Below, in pieces: positions 27,395 to 42,879 of a stretch of 64,000 bases of DNA. Source of the DNA: the human T2T-CHM13v2.0 reference genome, Homo sapiens; assembly GCF_009914755.1 (NCBI RefSeq), contig NC_060929.1. One strand, 5' to 3'. Made by a program: the position numbers and the translations under genes. The notes under the pieces are model-generated. The model searched no databases and was not told the origin of the DNA. It was given only the letters and a program-made list of their open reading frames with translations. Position 1 is the first letter of the stretch. Every line of letters starts with the position of its first letter.

Positions 27395-27715
27395 CATATA
27401 TATATATTCATATTCATATATATGCATATATTTTATTAGATAATTAGCTCTTTTCATCGTGAGGCTTAATTCAGTTGAATTATTATCTTAAATCCAAATT
27501 TTGAGAAGTTAATAAAATTCTGTGAAATTTACCTAAAACAACACAGAGCAAACCATGTCTTACAATAAATGGTTACTGACCTTTCACATGAAAATTTAGT
27601 GAAATTACTTCTCTGAGGAAAATAAACGTGACAGAAAATGAACATATGGGATTTTGTTGCTCAAAAGCATTTATATGATTAGTACATGTTAGTTATAAAT
27701 GGACATATATTTTAG

Positions 27716-27884
27716 TTTTTGTTTGTTTGTTTGTTTGGAGACAGAATCTCACTCTGTTACCTAGGCTGGTGTGCATTGACGTGATCATGGCTCACTGCAG
27801 CCTTGAACTCCTGGGCTCCAGTGATCCTCCCACCTTAGCCTCTTCAGTGGTAGGGATTGCAGGTATGAGCCACCTCACACAGGT
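27716..27884 (-). mobile_element. Alu monomer (FAM/FRAM-like)
   Basis: Single-arm Alu with (TTTG)n tail. Confidence 0.85.
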
Positions 27885-28167
27885 GATATTTTTGAATCAC
27901 AGAAAAAATAGTAAATTTTATGGGGTAGTTCGTCATAATTGATTCCCTCTTCATGTTTTTTAAATAAAATAGAAATTCATTCAAGTTTAGATTTTAATGA
28001 TACTAATATAATTTTTGGAGATTATTTTACTGAAAAATGGCTAAATGTAAGGCAAAGTAAGAAAAAACTCAAAAGCAAGGAGTGAAATTATTCATCAAAA
28101 TGTATAGGTTATTCCTACTTAATTATTTAGACAACAATAATTTTTTATAAGAAACATAAATGTTAAT

Positions 28168-28583
28168 TTCTTTTTAACATTTATTTTAGGCTTTGGGGAT
28201 ACATTTAAAAGTTTGTTACGTAGATAAACATGTGTCACAGTGGTTTGTTGTACATATTGTAACATCATCCAGGTATTAAGCCCAGTATCCAATAGTTATC
28301 TTTTCTGCTCCTCTCCTTCTTCTCACACTTCCCCCTCAAGTAGAATTCTGTTTCCTTCCTTGTGTTCATAAGTTCTTATCATTTAGCTCCCACTTATAAG
28401 TCAGAACATGTGATATTTGGTTTTCTGTTCCTGTGTTAATTTGCTAAGAATAATGGCCTCCAGCTCCATCCATGTTTCTGCAAAAGAACATGATCTTGTT
28501 TTTTTCATGGCTACATAGTATTCCACGGTGTGTATGTACCTGATTTTCTTTATCCAGTCTGTCATTGGTGGGCAGTTAGGTTG

Positions 28584-28614
<31 letters not shown>

Positions 28615-29608
28615 ATTGTGAATAGTGCTTCAATGAATATTCACATGCATTTGTCTTTATGGTAGAATGATTTATATTCCTCTAGGTATATGCCCAGCAA
28701 CAGGATTGCTGGGCTGAATGGTAGTTAGGATTTTAGCTCTTTGAGGAATCACCGTACTGCTTTCAAAATGATTAAACTAATTTATACTCCACCAGCAGTG
28801 TATAAGTTTTCCCTTTTCTCTGCAACCTTGCTAGCATCTGTTATTTTTTGACTTTTTAGTCATAGCCATTCAGACTGGTGTAAGGTAGCATCTCGTGGTT
28901 TTGATTTGCATTTCTTTAATGATCAGTGAATTGAGGTTTTATTCATATGATTTTTGGCTGCATATTTGTCTTCTTTTGAGAAATATCTGTTCATGTCCTT
29001 TGCCCACTTTTTGATTAGTTGGCTTGTTGGATTTTCTCCTGTAAACTTGTTTAAGTTCCTTATAGATGTTGGATATTTTGTCCAATGAATAGTTTGCAAA
29101 ATTATTCTCCCACTTTGTAGGCTGTCTGTTTACTCTGTTGATAGTTGCTTTTGCTGCGAAGAAGCTCTTAACTTTAACTAGGCCCATTTGTCAATTTTTG
29201 CTTTTGTTGCAATTGCCTTTGATGTCTTTGTCATGAAATCTTTGCCAGTTCCTCTGTCCAGAAAGATATTTCCTAGGTTATCTTCCAAAGTTTTTATAGT
29301 TCTGGGTTGACCATTTAAGTCTTCCATAAATCTTGAGTTGATTTTTGTATATAATGTAAAAAGGGGTCCAGTTTCAATCTTCTGTATATGGCTAGCCGGG
29401 TATCCCAGCACTATTTATTGAATAGGGAGTCTTTTCCTCATTGCCTGTTTTTGTCACCTTTGTTGAGGATCACATGGTCGTAGGTGTGCAGCCTTATTTC
29501 TGGGTTCTCTATGCTATTCCATTTGTCTATGTTCCTTTTTTTGTACCAGTACCATGATTTTATGGTTACAATGGCCTTGTAATATAGTTTGAAGTCGGGT
29601 AATATAAG
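28168..29608 (-). mobile_element. L1PA15/16-like 3' end, 5'-truncated
   Basis: L1 3'UTR antisense. ORF fragments [23 protein letters not shown] match the ORF2 C-terminus. Confidence 0.95.
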
Positions 29609-29732
29609 GTTTCTGTAACAAATTAACACAAATTTTATCAAATTTAACACAAATTGGTGTCTTAAAACAACATAAATTGATTCTCTTATAGTTCTGGTGG
29701 TTAAATCTCAAATCAAGGTTTTGGCAAAGTCA
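29609..29732 (-). mobile_element. MLT1 LTR fragment
   Basis: TGTAACAAATT...CTTAAAACAACATAAATTGATTCTCTTATAGTTCTGG is the typical MLT1 antisense end. Confidence 0.7.
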
Positions 29733-30454
29733 GTATGATAAAATGTACTCCCATTAACATAATCAGAGAAGTAAAATCCCATGTTATTTGGCACAATTAA
29801 ACTTCAGACAGGGAGATCATTTGGCTGTGCTTGACCTAATCACATGAGTCTTTTAAAAGCAATTTTTTGCAAACAATTTTTCCCAAGATGGTAGTAAGAG
29901 GAAGTAAGATGTTAAAAAAATGAGAAGGGTTGGATACTCCTTGTTGGCTTGAAAGTTGAGGGAGACTACTAGTGTTAAATAATGCAGGCAGTATAGTTAT
30001 TTAGAGCCATCCCCAGCTGATAGCTAGCCAGGAAGCTTTAGTCCTACACTCACATTGAATGAATCCTGCTAACAAGAAGAATGAGCTTGGAAGCAGAATT
30101 TTCCCCAAAGCCTCTAGGCAAGAACTGTATCCAACAAGTCCTTGATTTCTGCTATGCGTATATCAAGCAGAGAAATCAGCCACAGAGTCAAATTTTTGAC
30201 CTATGTAAGTATGAGTCAATAAATGGATGTTGGTTTAAGTTGCTAAGTTTGTAGCAATAAAAATAAAGCTTCTATGTTAGTAGTATTAAAAAGTTTCTAA
30301 CAATTAAAGAGGCCTATTTTGTGCTAGAAGTATGGTACCTCTATAACAAAATATAAAATGTAGGAGTGGTTTTAGAATTGGTCAGTGGAAGAATGCTGAG
30401 GAAATGTTAAGGAGTGTTATTAAAAAGCCTATAGTCCTTTGGACAGGCACTATA

Positions 30455-30520
30455 GTTAGTAGAAATAGAGACATTAAAGACAGTGCTGTTAGTAGAAATA
30501 GAGACGTTAAAGACAGTGCT
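30455..30520. repeat. 33-bp tandem duplication (1 mismatch)
   Basis: GTTAGTAGAAATAGAGAC(A/G)TTAAAGACAGTGCT twice. Confidence 0.92.
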
Positions 30521-31200
30521 GGCTAGAAGTCAGAAGGAAGAGAGGAACATTATAGAAAAATTCTGGATTGTTTTAACAGAAGCCTTAAATCACTGTTAAC
30601 ATACATTTGTTAGAATTCTAGACTTTAAGAATTATGTGGTGACCACCCAGAAGAAGTGTAGAGCATGTTATTGGAGACTAGAAGAAAAAAGATATTTTTA
30701 TGTGATTACTGAAACTTTGACCAAATGTGTCCTGAAATTATGTGGAAAGCAGAACTTGTATGTGACAAATTGGATACAGAGCTGAGGAGATTTCTAATTA
30801 AAGTGTTGAGGACACTCCCTGGTTTCTTGTTGCTTATAGTAAACTGAGAGAAAAGAGATCAATATAGAAAAGAACTAATCAACAAAAAGGGACCAAAGTT
30901 GACGATTTGAGAAATTCTTAGCCTGCCCTGATGGTGAAAGACATTAAAATTGCATGCAAAAGCATGACATAAAATAGATCAAAAGTATGCCTCACAGATT
31001 TTATCAGTCTAACTTGAGAGACCACAGGAAGTTTACAGGCATTGTCCCTTAGCCATGTCAGCAGAAGCAAAAGATAGAGAAATGATTGTCTCAGAATCAC
31101 CCATGGATATGGTTTTTGTCTAAGAGTCAATCTTTGTGAAATCCACATAAGGCCAACAAGGTTCCATTACTGAGAACACAGTCAAGTTGGACTGAACATA

Positions 31201-31269
31201 AGGTTACAGTGAGCCGAGATCGTGCCACTGCACTCCAGCCTGGGCGATGGTGAAAGATCTTATCTCAAA
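31201..31269 (+). mobile_element. Short Alu right-arm fragment with almost no A-tail, inside the MLT1 internal region
   Basis: AGGTTACAGTGAGCCGAGATCGTGCCACTGCACTCCAGCCTGGGCGA...TCTCAAA. Confidence 0.9.
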
Positions 31270-32509
31270 GGGAGAGACAGAGAATACAAAATGAAAGTAA
31301 GCCATAAAGCCCACAAAATTTTACTGACAAGGTATTACAGCTGCTCAGCTTTAATTAATTAATTATTTTTGGGGGGGCACCTTTCATGAAAATGGAAGCA
31401 TGTCTCACAGCGTGGAAGCCAGAGCACCAAGGATGGGGCTGACACCCCAGAGGCCAATAATGACAGCCACAGAAGATTATTTCCAGGACTCATCCCTAAT
31501 TAAGAAACTCTGACTCTAGTTTGCCCAGCTGGATTACAAAACTGCTTTGGAACAGTGACTCTATTTTACATTCCATTTTCTCTCTTTTTGAACTATTCTC
31601 TCTTTGTTTTAAGTATCTATAATTGTTGACTTATGGCTATCCCATCCATTGTCGTATACTGAAGGTATTGCAATGAATAACTTATCCAATTAGTTTTAAA
31701 GTACACTTTCAGAAAAAAATATGCCACAGGATTTGTACTTAATGAATGTATACTCAGGGCATCCATTTTACCAAACTTAGATGAGAAATTTTTACTTTTG
31801 AGCCAAGGATATTAGGATAAAATGTTGGATTTGAGGTGATGCTATAATGGGATGATATCCTTAGGAACTTTGGGAAGGAGTGGATATATTCCTTATTTGT
31901 AAGGGACATGAATATTTGGGATCAGAGTGTGGACTATGGTGACCAGAATTCTAAGATGGTCACAGATTTCTTACACCCTATTACTTGATATATAGCTTCC
32001 AGACTGTGAATTTGATAGTTTTTAACCTGTGTGATTATGTTATTTAATAAGAAACAGTTGACCTTAAACTATAGATATTATCCAGGCAGACCTTGAGCCC
32101 TTTAAAAGCTGAGATATTTCTGCAGCTGGTCACAGAAACGGAAGTCAGAAACTCCACGGATGAGCAGGATTTGATGTGGCCTGCTTACTTACTAATGGAA
32201 GGCATCATGTGGTAAGGAAGGCAGATGGCTTCTAGGAACTGACAGTCAGCAAGAAATCACGAACCTCAGTCATACAGTTACAGAACTGGACTCTGTCAAT
32301 AGTAATAATTACGGAAGCAATTTTATCCCCAGAGCCAACAGACAAGAAATAAATACAGCAAATGCTCTGATTTCAGCATTGTGATGTACTTAGCAGAGAA
32401 CCAAATACCTTGTGCTAGACTTGGAATGAGAAAACTGTAACTTAGTAAATGGATATTAAGCTGCTAAGTTTATATTAAGTGGTTAAATCACAATAAAATA
32501 CTAATGTAA

Positions 32510-32890
32510 ATGTCTTTTGATTATCAAAGAGTTAATTTTCATGAAATTATCCTTTTTTTGTCATTCATATTTTTTGAGTTCTAAAAAATCTTTGCCTAGG
32601 CTTAGGTCATGAAGATTTTTTCAGTTTACGTTTTCATTTTTTTATGTCTATGATTTATCTCAAACAAATTTTTGTTATAGAGCTATTTAGCAGTTAAGTT
32701 TCCTTTTTTTCTTTTTTTTTCAGATATCAATAGGTGAATAGATAGACCGAGGTACACTCACATAATGGAATATTATTGAGTGATAAAAAGTGAGCTCTCA
32801 AGCCATAAAAACATGGGAAAATCTCAAATGCATATTACTAAGTGAAAGAACCAATCTGAACAAAAGCTAGAAACTGCATGATTCCAATTA
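32510..32890. mobile_element. Two ancient L1M fragments in opposite orientations (minus ~32510-32720, plus ~32725-32890)
   Basis: AAATCTTTGCCTAGG..AGGTCATGAAGATTT (antisense) and CAAATGCATATTACTAAGTGAAAGAA (L1MC/MD 3' sense). Confidence 0.6.
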
Positions 32891-34851
32891 TTTATGTCCT
32901 GTCATCTGGTATTATGTAAGATACAATAGTGTTCATCATGATTCACTAGAAGTTATTATAATTGTGATATCAGACTGGAAAGTTACTTATACAATCTGTA
33001 CCTCAGGATTGGGATGAAAGGCTTTAGGATGTATCTCTGAACTTATGTAAACATTTCTCTGGGAAGCATAACTTTATAGGTGACCGTAAACTTCCAAATA
33101 AATATTTTAAATCAGTCAAGTCCAGGGATTTACTAGATTTTTAAAGGACAAATTATGTTCACAAAGAAAGAAGCACTGTTTGCAAATATAATACTACAAC
33201 ATTTTTATTAAATATTTACTAATTTTTAATGATTTATTCACAGAGAACTTTTTTTAGAAATACAGTGGTACCTGGATTGATGAGTCTAATACTGCATCGC
33301 ACACCCATTATGCAACCTCTTTCACCTTTACAAGTTTATGCACACTTATCCATACACACACACTCATATCAAGTTCCTTTTTTTACGCTTCATAACAGAT
33401 AATGTGTCAGTTGGATTATTTTTAAACTGTATGGTTTCTCTACTCTGGCCAAGGACATAGCTGAGTTCTTCCTATGTTTTAGTCTTTACTTTTCCATTAT
33501 CAGTGAATCATGATACATGAAACAGCAAATTTAAGTTCCATCTATCAAAAAGAAAATTTGTAAGAAATTCTCATATATACAGCATTATAAAGAACTGGTT
33601 CTAAATTCTGGAATCATATAGCAAAAATGTGACTGTAACAATTTTTGTTTTGTCTGTTACCCTTATTTCCTAATATATACTGAGATTTCTTCTGAACCTG
33701 AAGTATTTTAGCTTTCATTTCATAGACAGTAATGAAAAAGGAACAACAAAAGCATTGCTTCAGTCTGTAAACAAGTTTTATATTATTAGTAATATTACAA
33801 AGAACTAAGAAACTAAATTTATTTTGGAAAAACTAAATCATTGTTATAGAGATTTTTTAAATGATTGAATTATTTTTGTTTTCAATTTTATATTCTTTTT
33901 ACCTCAGCCTAGAGAATTGCAGGGTACATGGGTTTAAATGGATAATTAAAATAGTAATAGGGGCTGAGTAAAATAATTTCTGTGATTGTGTAAATCAGTA
34001 AGATGAATATTAAACATTTTAGTTATTTAGATATTCTGATTAGGTAAAATGATGGCATCACAACTGAACATCAGGTTGACTGATGAAATATTTCACTTTC
34101 CAGTCATTGAAAGATCTTCTGTCTCTACTAATTTATCAACAAGTATTCTTTTTATTGATTGTTCTACTAAAAATGAAAAAAATACATATATTTAGGTGAT
34201 TATAAAAACTCAGAGTTTCTGATTATGGATTTATAGAGTAATAGGTGGTCATGATCTAATATAAGATAATTTAGAGGCATTTAGAGGATTACCTTTTCAA
34301 AAGCATTAAACATTGTTAGGAAGATTGATATATTAAAGAGGAATCAGTGATTTAGGATAATTTTTATTATAACAAATAACATGCTGTAAAATAATATTTG
34401 TGTTAATATGGATTATAGAAGTAAACAATAGGGAATCAAATGAAATTCTGGTAAATATTCAATATTAAATATGGACATGTAATTTTATTCATGTGTCATA
34501 ATGTTTTTCTTGCATTTCATGATTATTATCAGAGTGAGGCAAATATAAAATAACCTGTATATGTTATAGCATATTTAAAGTGGTAAATATTTTATTTAAC
34601 AAATATGGAAAATAATCAAATAATAGTAAAACCAATAAAACAAATTCTGATTTTATTTTAACCTGTTCATGTTAAATCATCCAAATACTCCTTGGAAAAC
34701 ATTAGATTATTTAGTGATTTTTACACTTACTATAGCAAAATATGAGTTCTGTTAGCCTCTGGAATGTACCTTACTCAAATAATGGTTCCTGGATCCTGTT
34801 ATGCAAGTAAAGGTAAAGAAATTATCATCTGTTCAACTACAATATGTATTT

Positions 34852-35137
34852 ACGTTTTTTGGTTTTTTTTTTTTTAGACAGAGTCTTGCCCTGTTGCCCA
34901 GGCTGGAGTGCAGTGGTCCCATCTTGGCTCACTGTAAACTCTGCCTCCCAGTTCAGTGATTCTCCTGCTTCAGCCTCCCTAGTAGCTGGAACTACAGGTG
35001 CAAGCACGCCTGACTAATTTTTGTATTTTTAGTACAGACAGGGTTTCACCATATAGGCCAGGCTGGTCCGGAACTCCTAACCTCAAGTGATCCACCCAGC
35101 TCGGCCTCCCAAAGTGCTAGGATTACAGCTGTAAGCC
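34852..35137 (-). mobile_element. AluS (Sz/Sx-like)
   Basis: Dimer with TSD ACAAT(A/G)TGTATTT. Confidence 0.95.
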
Positions 35138-35359
35138 ACAATGTGTATTTCTGTCAACCACATATATGTGATTGTTCAATGGAAAGTCATGTTAGTGTGA
35201 CAAGAAATAAGAAAGTTGTGTTAGCTCATCAACCTTTTGACCTAGGCAAAAGAACTGTAATTGGAGAGTTGAATTATTCCCTTTGACAGAAAAGGAAAAA
35301 GCATTTAACTCTGCTTTATACACAAATGGGAACTCTCTTAGCTAGAATGAGACACTTTA

Positions 35360-35657
35360 TTTATTTATTTATTTTTGAGACAAAGTCTCACTCTGTTGCC
35401 CGAGCTGGAGTGCAGTGGTGCCATCTCAGCTCACTGCAACCTCCACCTCCTAGGGTTCAAGCGATTCTTCTGCCTCAGCCTCCTGAGTAGCTGGGACTAC
35501 AGGCACGTGCCACCAAGCCCGGCTAATTTGCTATTTTTAGTAGGGACGGGGTTTCACTGTGTTGGCCAAGCTGGTCTTGAACTCCTGACCTCGTGATCCA
35601 CCCACCTCGGCCTCCCAAAGTGCTTGGATTACAGGCATGAGCCACTGCAAGCCAGCA
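35360..35657 (-). mobile_element. AluS (Sg/Sc-like)
   Basis: Dimer with diagnostic GACCTCGTGATCC. TSD AATGAG(A/G)CACTTTA. Confidence 0.95.
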
Positions 35658-35838
35658 AATGAGGCACTTTAAGTAGAAAATTTGAGCTCTTCTTTCATAA
35701 AATTAGAAATGATTGCCTAATAAATCCAGTTCCAGTTAGGATGTGAGATTTCTCTCATCATACAAGACAACATTGGATAAACAAACAAAATCACACTTTG
35801 CTTTAAAGTCATCTAAGTGTATTGGATATAAGAATGTC

Positions 35839-37990
<2,152 letters not shown>

Positions 37991-39593
37991 ACCACAGTGG
38001 TGCTATGAACATTCACGTCTTTGATATACAATATGCATGAGTACTCTTCTGTTGGAGTAAAATTTATTAGCATGTGCATGCAAGATTTCAAAACGTATTG
38101 CCAAACTGGTTGCACCAACTTATACTTCCTTCAGTTCTATGTGAAAGTTTCTATTGCTCCTTCTTCACCTCAATCGTATATTTTCAGTCTTTTCAATTTT
38201 AGCCATTCATTTTGTATTATCACTTAGTGTTTTTCATTTCTGTTTCCCTGATGACTAATAAGAATGAGCATCATGTCGTGTATTTTTTTTTTAATACTTG
38301 ACTATTCTGGGTTGTTTTTCTTTAAGAATCTTGTGTGTATTTTCAATGTCATTTTTCTTATCTATTTGAGGAAAATGTTCTCATTAATGGTCCATGTTAG
38401 TTATGTTTGTTCCAAACATCTTCTGCTGCTCTGTGGTTGGTATTTCATTTTTCTTATGTTTTGGATAGACAAATGTTTTTAATTTTAATACAATCTGATG
38501 TCTTAATTATTTACTTTGTAGTTAGTGTAATTTGTGTCCATTAAGGATTGTTTGCTCACCCTAAACTCATGAAGACATGCTAATATATTATAGTAACTTC
38601 ATTGTTTTACTTTAATATTTAGATCTGCAATCCAACTGTAGTTTATTTTGTATAAGGCATTAGACAGCGTAAATTTTTAATCTTTCTCATATGGATATAC
38701 AATCGATTTAGCACTATTTACTGAAAAGACTTTTTTTTCTGCTTTGCTATGGCTCCTTAGTATTAATCAAGTGTTTACAGATGCATAGAACTATAATTTA
38801 TAGTAAGATCTTATCATGATATTACCTCCAATTCTACATGTTAACAGGTAAAAGAGAGAAGTTTAGACATTTGCAGAAACTTTTCACTGCTTTTCAGGGA
38901 TTGTCTTTCAAACCACTGTCACAATATGGGTTAAAGAAAGCCAGATTTGAGACCCTTAGTGAAACACTGTTCTATGTGTTTCAGATGGTAATTGGCTTCA
39001 TTTTCTTGGGTATCTATACCTCATTTCTCAGTTTATGGATGAAATAATGTAGCAGGGTATTAAAATATGTTTTTCTAAATTTTAAGAACATTATTTCTAT
39101 TCTAGTAGTCCATGAATTAATCTTTAATTTATGTCATTAAGTAGGCATAGACAGAAGTTAAATGAAAAGTCAGATGTGAAAAATTTTATGAAGACATGTC
39201 TTAGAGGATAATATTGTTGATGGACATTATTGCTATAAATAATCTTGTAGTTTTCTCTTAGTCAACATGTTTAAGAGTTTCCCTAAGGAAATATCTAGAA
39301 GTAGAATTTTAGAGCTATAGAGAATGAACCTTTTAAACTGTAATTGATAACGGATGCCGATTTTCTCCCTAAATGTTTAGTATCCCTATCAATTTGCAAG
39401 ACTAATTTGCTCTGAATCCTCATCAGTAATGGATATGATCAAATTTTTGAATTTCTAAAAATGTGCTGGGTGTGAAATTTGATCTTAAGATTGTTTAAAT
39501 TTGTGATTTTTTGGTTAATATTCAGGTTGAACATGTTTTATTCAGCCAATTAAATTTTCTTTTCTATGTAGTACTAATTTAAAAATTTGCGTT

Positions 39594-39743
39594 GGCCGGG
39601 TGTAGTGGTGTGTGCTTGTGGTCTTAGCTACAAGTGAGTCTGAAGGAGGAGGGTTGAGCCTGGGATATCGAGACTGCAGTGAGCTGCGTTTGCACCACTG
39701 GCCTCAAGCCTGGGTGACAGAGTGAGACACAGTCTGAAAAAAA
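39594..39743 (+). mobile_element. Alu monomer (FRAM/FAM-like)
   Basis: GGCCGGGTGTAGTGG...GCCTGGGTGACAGAGTGAGAC followed by an A-tail; single arm. Confidence 0.88.
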
Positions 39744-39889
39744 TTGTCATTTTTTGTGAGGTCCTCTGTGTATTTTTATAATGCTATTATTGTTTTTAGT
39801 CATCCTTTATTTTTAGAGATATTAATCAATTAGAAGTATTACATGTTAAAAATGCAATCTTCCAGTTTTTATCTTGCCCTTCTACTTGC

Positions 39890-40160
39890 TTTATACTATA
39901 CTTTATAATTTATATTTTATGAATATACAATATATAAATGTGTAATATAATAGAATATATATTTATAATTTATGTTATAACTTTATAATATATAATATAT
40001 AAACTTATAATTCAAGTAAAAATATAAAATTTATATTTTATATAAATTATAAGTGATATAATTTATATATGTATACAAATATATATAAATATTTATTTAT
40101 AATTTATAAATAATATATATTTATATATTTATAATTTATATTGATATTATTTATATTGTA
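39890..40160. repeat. AT-rich low-complexity (TA/TTTATAA) tract
   Basis: Almost exclusively A/T, seen directly. Confidence 0.9.
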
Positions 40161-40721
40161 CTTTGATGAATAGGAGATTTCAAAGTTTCATATTTTCGTC
40201 TTTCTCATAATAGTTGGTAATGCACCTGGAAAGGATTTTGGTGTATGTGTGGTTGTCCTCAAATTTCTCTTGGATGTCTCAATTCATTATTTGTTGAAAA
40301 TTTCTTTATTAAACAAAATGCTAGTTGTGCCATAAAATTACTATTGGATTCTATTGATTCCTAATCTAATTCCATTTTAATATTCTACTTTCTAAATTAT
40401 AAATTTCATGCAACGTCTTTTTTTATATATTATCCTCACTGGTGCCTTGATTACTCCGTAATCTTTACTTTTTCATAAAATTACAGAAAATGTTTGTGAG
40501 GTTTTAATCAAGTACACACACACACACAACAATACTTTTTAGAATTTGATTTGTTTTCAGTGAATCTATAGCATAACTTGGGTAGAACTGACAACTTTAG
40601 CTATTGAAATGTCCAATCATGAAGGTTTCTCTATATTTTTAAAGTATTCTTTACTGTATGAAATTTCAGTAAAGATTTACACTTTTCTATAAAATTGTTA
40701 CCTATCCTTTGTTAGATGTAT

Positions 40722-41257
40722 ACCTTGCACCAGACATAAAAATGTACTCAAAATCTACTGTAGACCAAAACTTAAAACCTAAATTATAAAACCTCTGAAA
40801 AAAAATATAGACAACATTCTTTGTTAACTTATGTTAGGCAAAAACTTTTTAAATAGGACACAAATAGCACTAAACATAAATATAGAAAAATGACAAACTG
40901 GACTTCATAAAATTTTGAACTTTGAATCTTTGGTGAGAGTTTTAATAGATGGGTGAAAACTATTTGCAAATCATAGATTTATTAAGAAAATTATGTCCAG
41001 AATATATATAAATAATTCCCAAAACTTAAGAAAACAAACAATTCAATTTTAAAAAATTAAATGGGCAAAATATTTGGACAATCACTTTATGAAAGAAGAT
41101 ATATGGATAGCAAATAAACACATATAGACATGCTCAGCATCATTAGTCATTAGAGAAATGTAAATTAATACCACAATAAGAAATGACTACATATATATTA
41201 GAGCAAGTTAGATATAAAAGACTGACAATATCAAACATTGGCCAGGATGTGGAGGAC
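40722..41257 (+). mobile_element. L1MD/ME-like ORF2 3' fragment
   Basis: AAATGGGCAAAATATTTG, CATTAGTCATTAGAGAAATGTAAATT and TTGGCCAGGATGTGGAG motifs. Confidence 0.85.
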
Positions 41258-42879
41258 TTTATTTCTGTTAATACTTATACAATGATGAAAATATTTCAAA
41301 TATTTCAAATATTCCTAGTCAAATGCTCTCACTGTATTACACTTTTCATTCAAAACAGTTTATCATTTGCTTGTAAAACAGTGATGCTAATTTGAAACTG
41401 TAGACTACAGTATATGAATTATTTTTTTCCCCTTAAATAGCTGTTTGGCACCATTTACTGACAAGAACTTTTCATCATAAACTATATCAGCAAATTTGGA
41501 ACAACTGTTTTGAATGAAATACTGAACAGCTAGCTGTGCAGGGCAACTGTCTGATGCCCCAGACCCATTTCATGGAAAGTATTTTCAAGATTATATTCCA
41601 TTCTAAATGTTGGGAGTATATAACATTAATTCCATTGATATAAATGTATAGTACATTGTGAATATTGGCTCAATGTCTTAAAAACATCTTTTCATTTATG
41701 AATCATGGCCAATACAGGTAATACAAACTAGATAAATTTATCACAATTTTAATGTCAATGAAGTAAACCAATATAGCCGTGATTACATTGTCCTCATTTA
41801 TCCATGAAGCATGCTATTAATTTTAATAATACGATTTCTTATTGAATGTACATCATTTATAAACTAATATTCCTTCTAGTAACACATAAAAATTATAATT
41901 TGGAGGCATCTCACTTTTGAATCAGACTCTAAAATTTCCATCATGTTTCTAAATTTGTCTTTCTTTATAGATATCTCAACATCATTTGCTAGCAGATAAA
42001 TGAATTTTAGTTTATTCCTACATTGTTTTCTGTGTATCACTTTAGTGATTGTGTGTAATTGGAATGGAAATTGTTTTCTCATTGGCATGTGATTATTAGA
42101 TTAGAAATCATAAAAGGTTTACAAACATATGTATATTGATAAATTTAATGAATTTGTCAAATATTGAAATGAGAATTATATTTCATTAAATATCACTGTA
42201 ATTGTAGAGGTGTGACTTTACAAATGGTTACATTTGTTAACCATTAGCAAATATCTCAAAGTGCAATATACAATTAGCATAGCCTATTATTAACAATAGT
42301 AGGTTAAAATCATAGTCGCCATGATTACTTTTGCTGACTTTTCATATATCATTTGACTGTCCTTATTTAAACCTCTTAGTATGACTTATATTCTTTGTGA
42401 GATTACGATAAATATCAGGTCTGTCATTTTCTCATTGTCTTGAGTATTTAATATTAGCAATGCTTCAATATATGATTTTCTGCAGAAATTTTTAAAAACT
42501 TCTATTTCTGAGCATTAGTTTAATTGAAGTTAGAAATATATATTAATTATGTTATCACATATAGAATTATTAGTTATAGGATATACAATAATATAAGTAT
42601 ACATTAAACATATATTTGTATATAGAGTTCTGGTTTAACTTCAATTAAGCTAACATGTGTCTGATACATAGCTTACCTAGTAGATATTTCTAACTTCAAT
42701 TAATTTTTACATATCTACATACATTTTTAATTTCTATTAAAATTGAAGGAATTGTAATCATATATTCCATTGATTCAATTATTTTGACACAGGTACACTA
42801 ACATTACATCACCCTGAAGATGAATATTTGAACACTCTTCACATTATGGAAGTAACACTTTTCCAGTATACTATATGTT

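Larger units (their letters stand above)
29770..32508 (+). mobile_element. MLT1E-like MaLR element: 5'LTR ~29770-30270, internal region, 3'LTR ~31935-32508
   Basis: Two homologous diverged LTRs (GGAAGCAG/AATTTT..CCCCA.AGCC, TGCTAAGTTT). Internal motifs shared with the MLT1C internal region (CATGTTATTGGA, GCTTATAGT). Confidence 0.8.
37995..40720 (-). mobile_element. Patchwork of ancient L1M/L1ME antisense fragments
   Basis: GCTATGAACATTC, TTGCCAAACTGGTTGCACCAACTTATAC, AGCACTATTTACTGAAAAGAC motifs, interrupted by other sequence. Confidence 0.6.
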
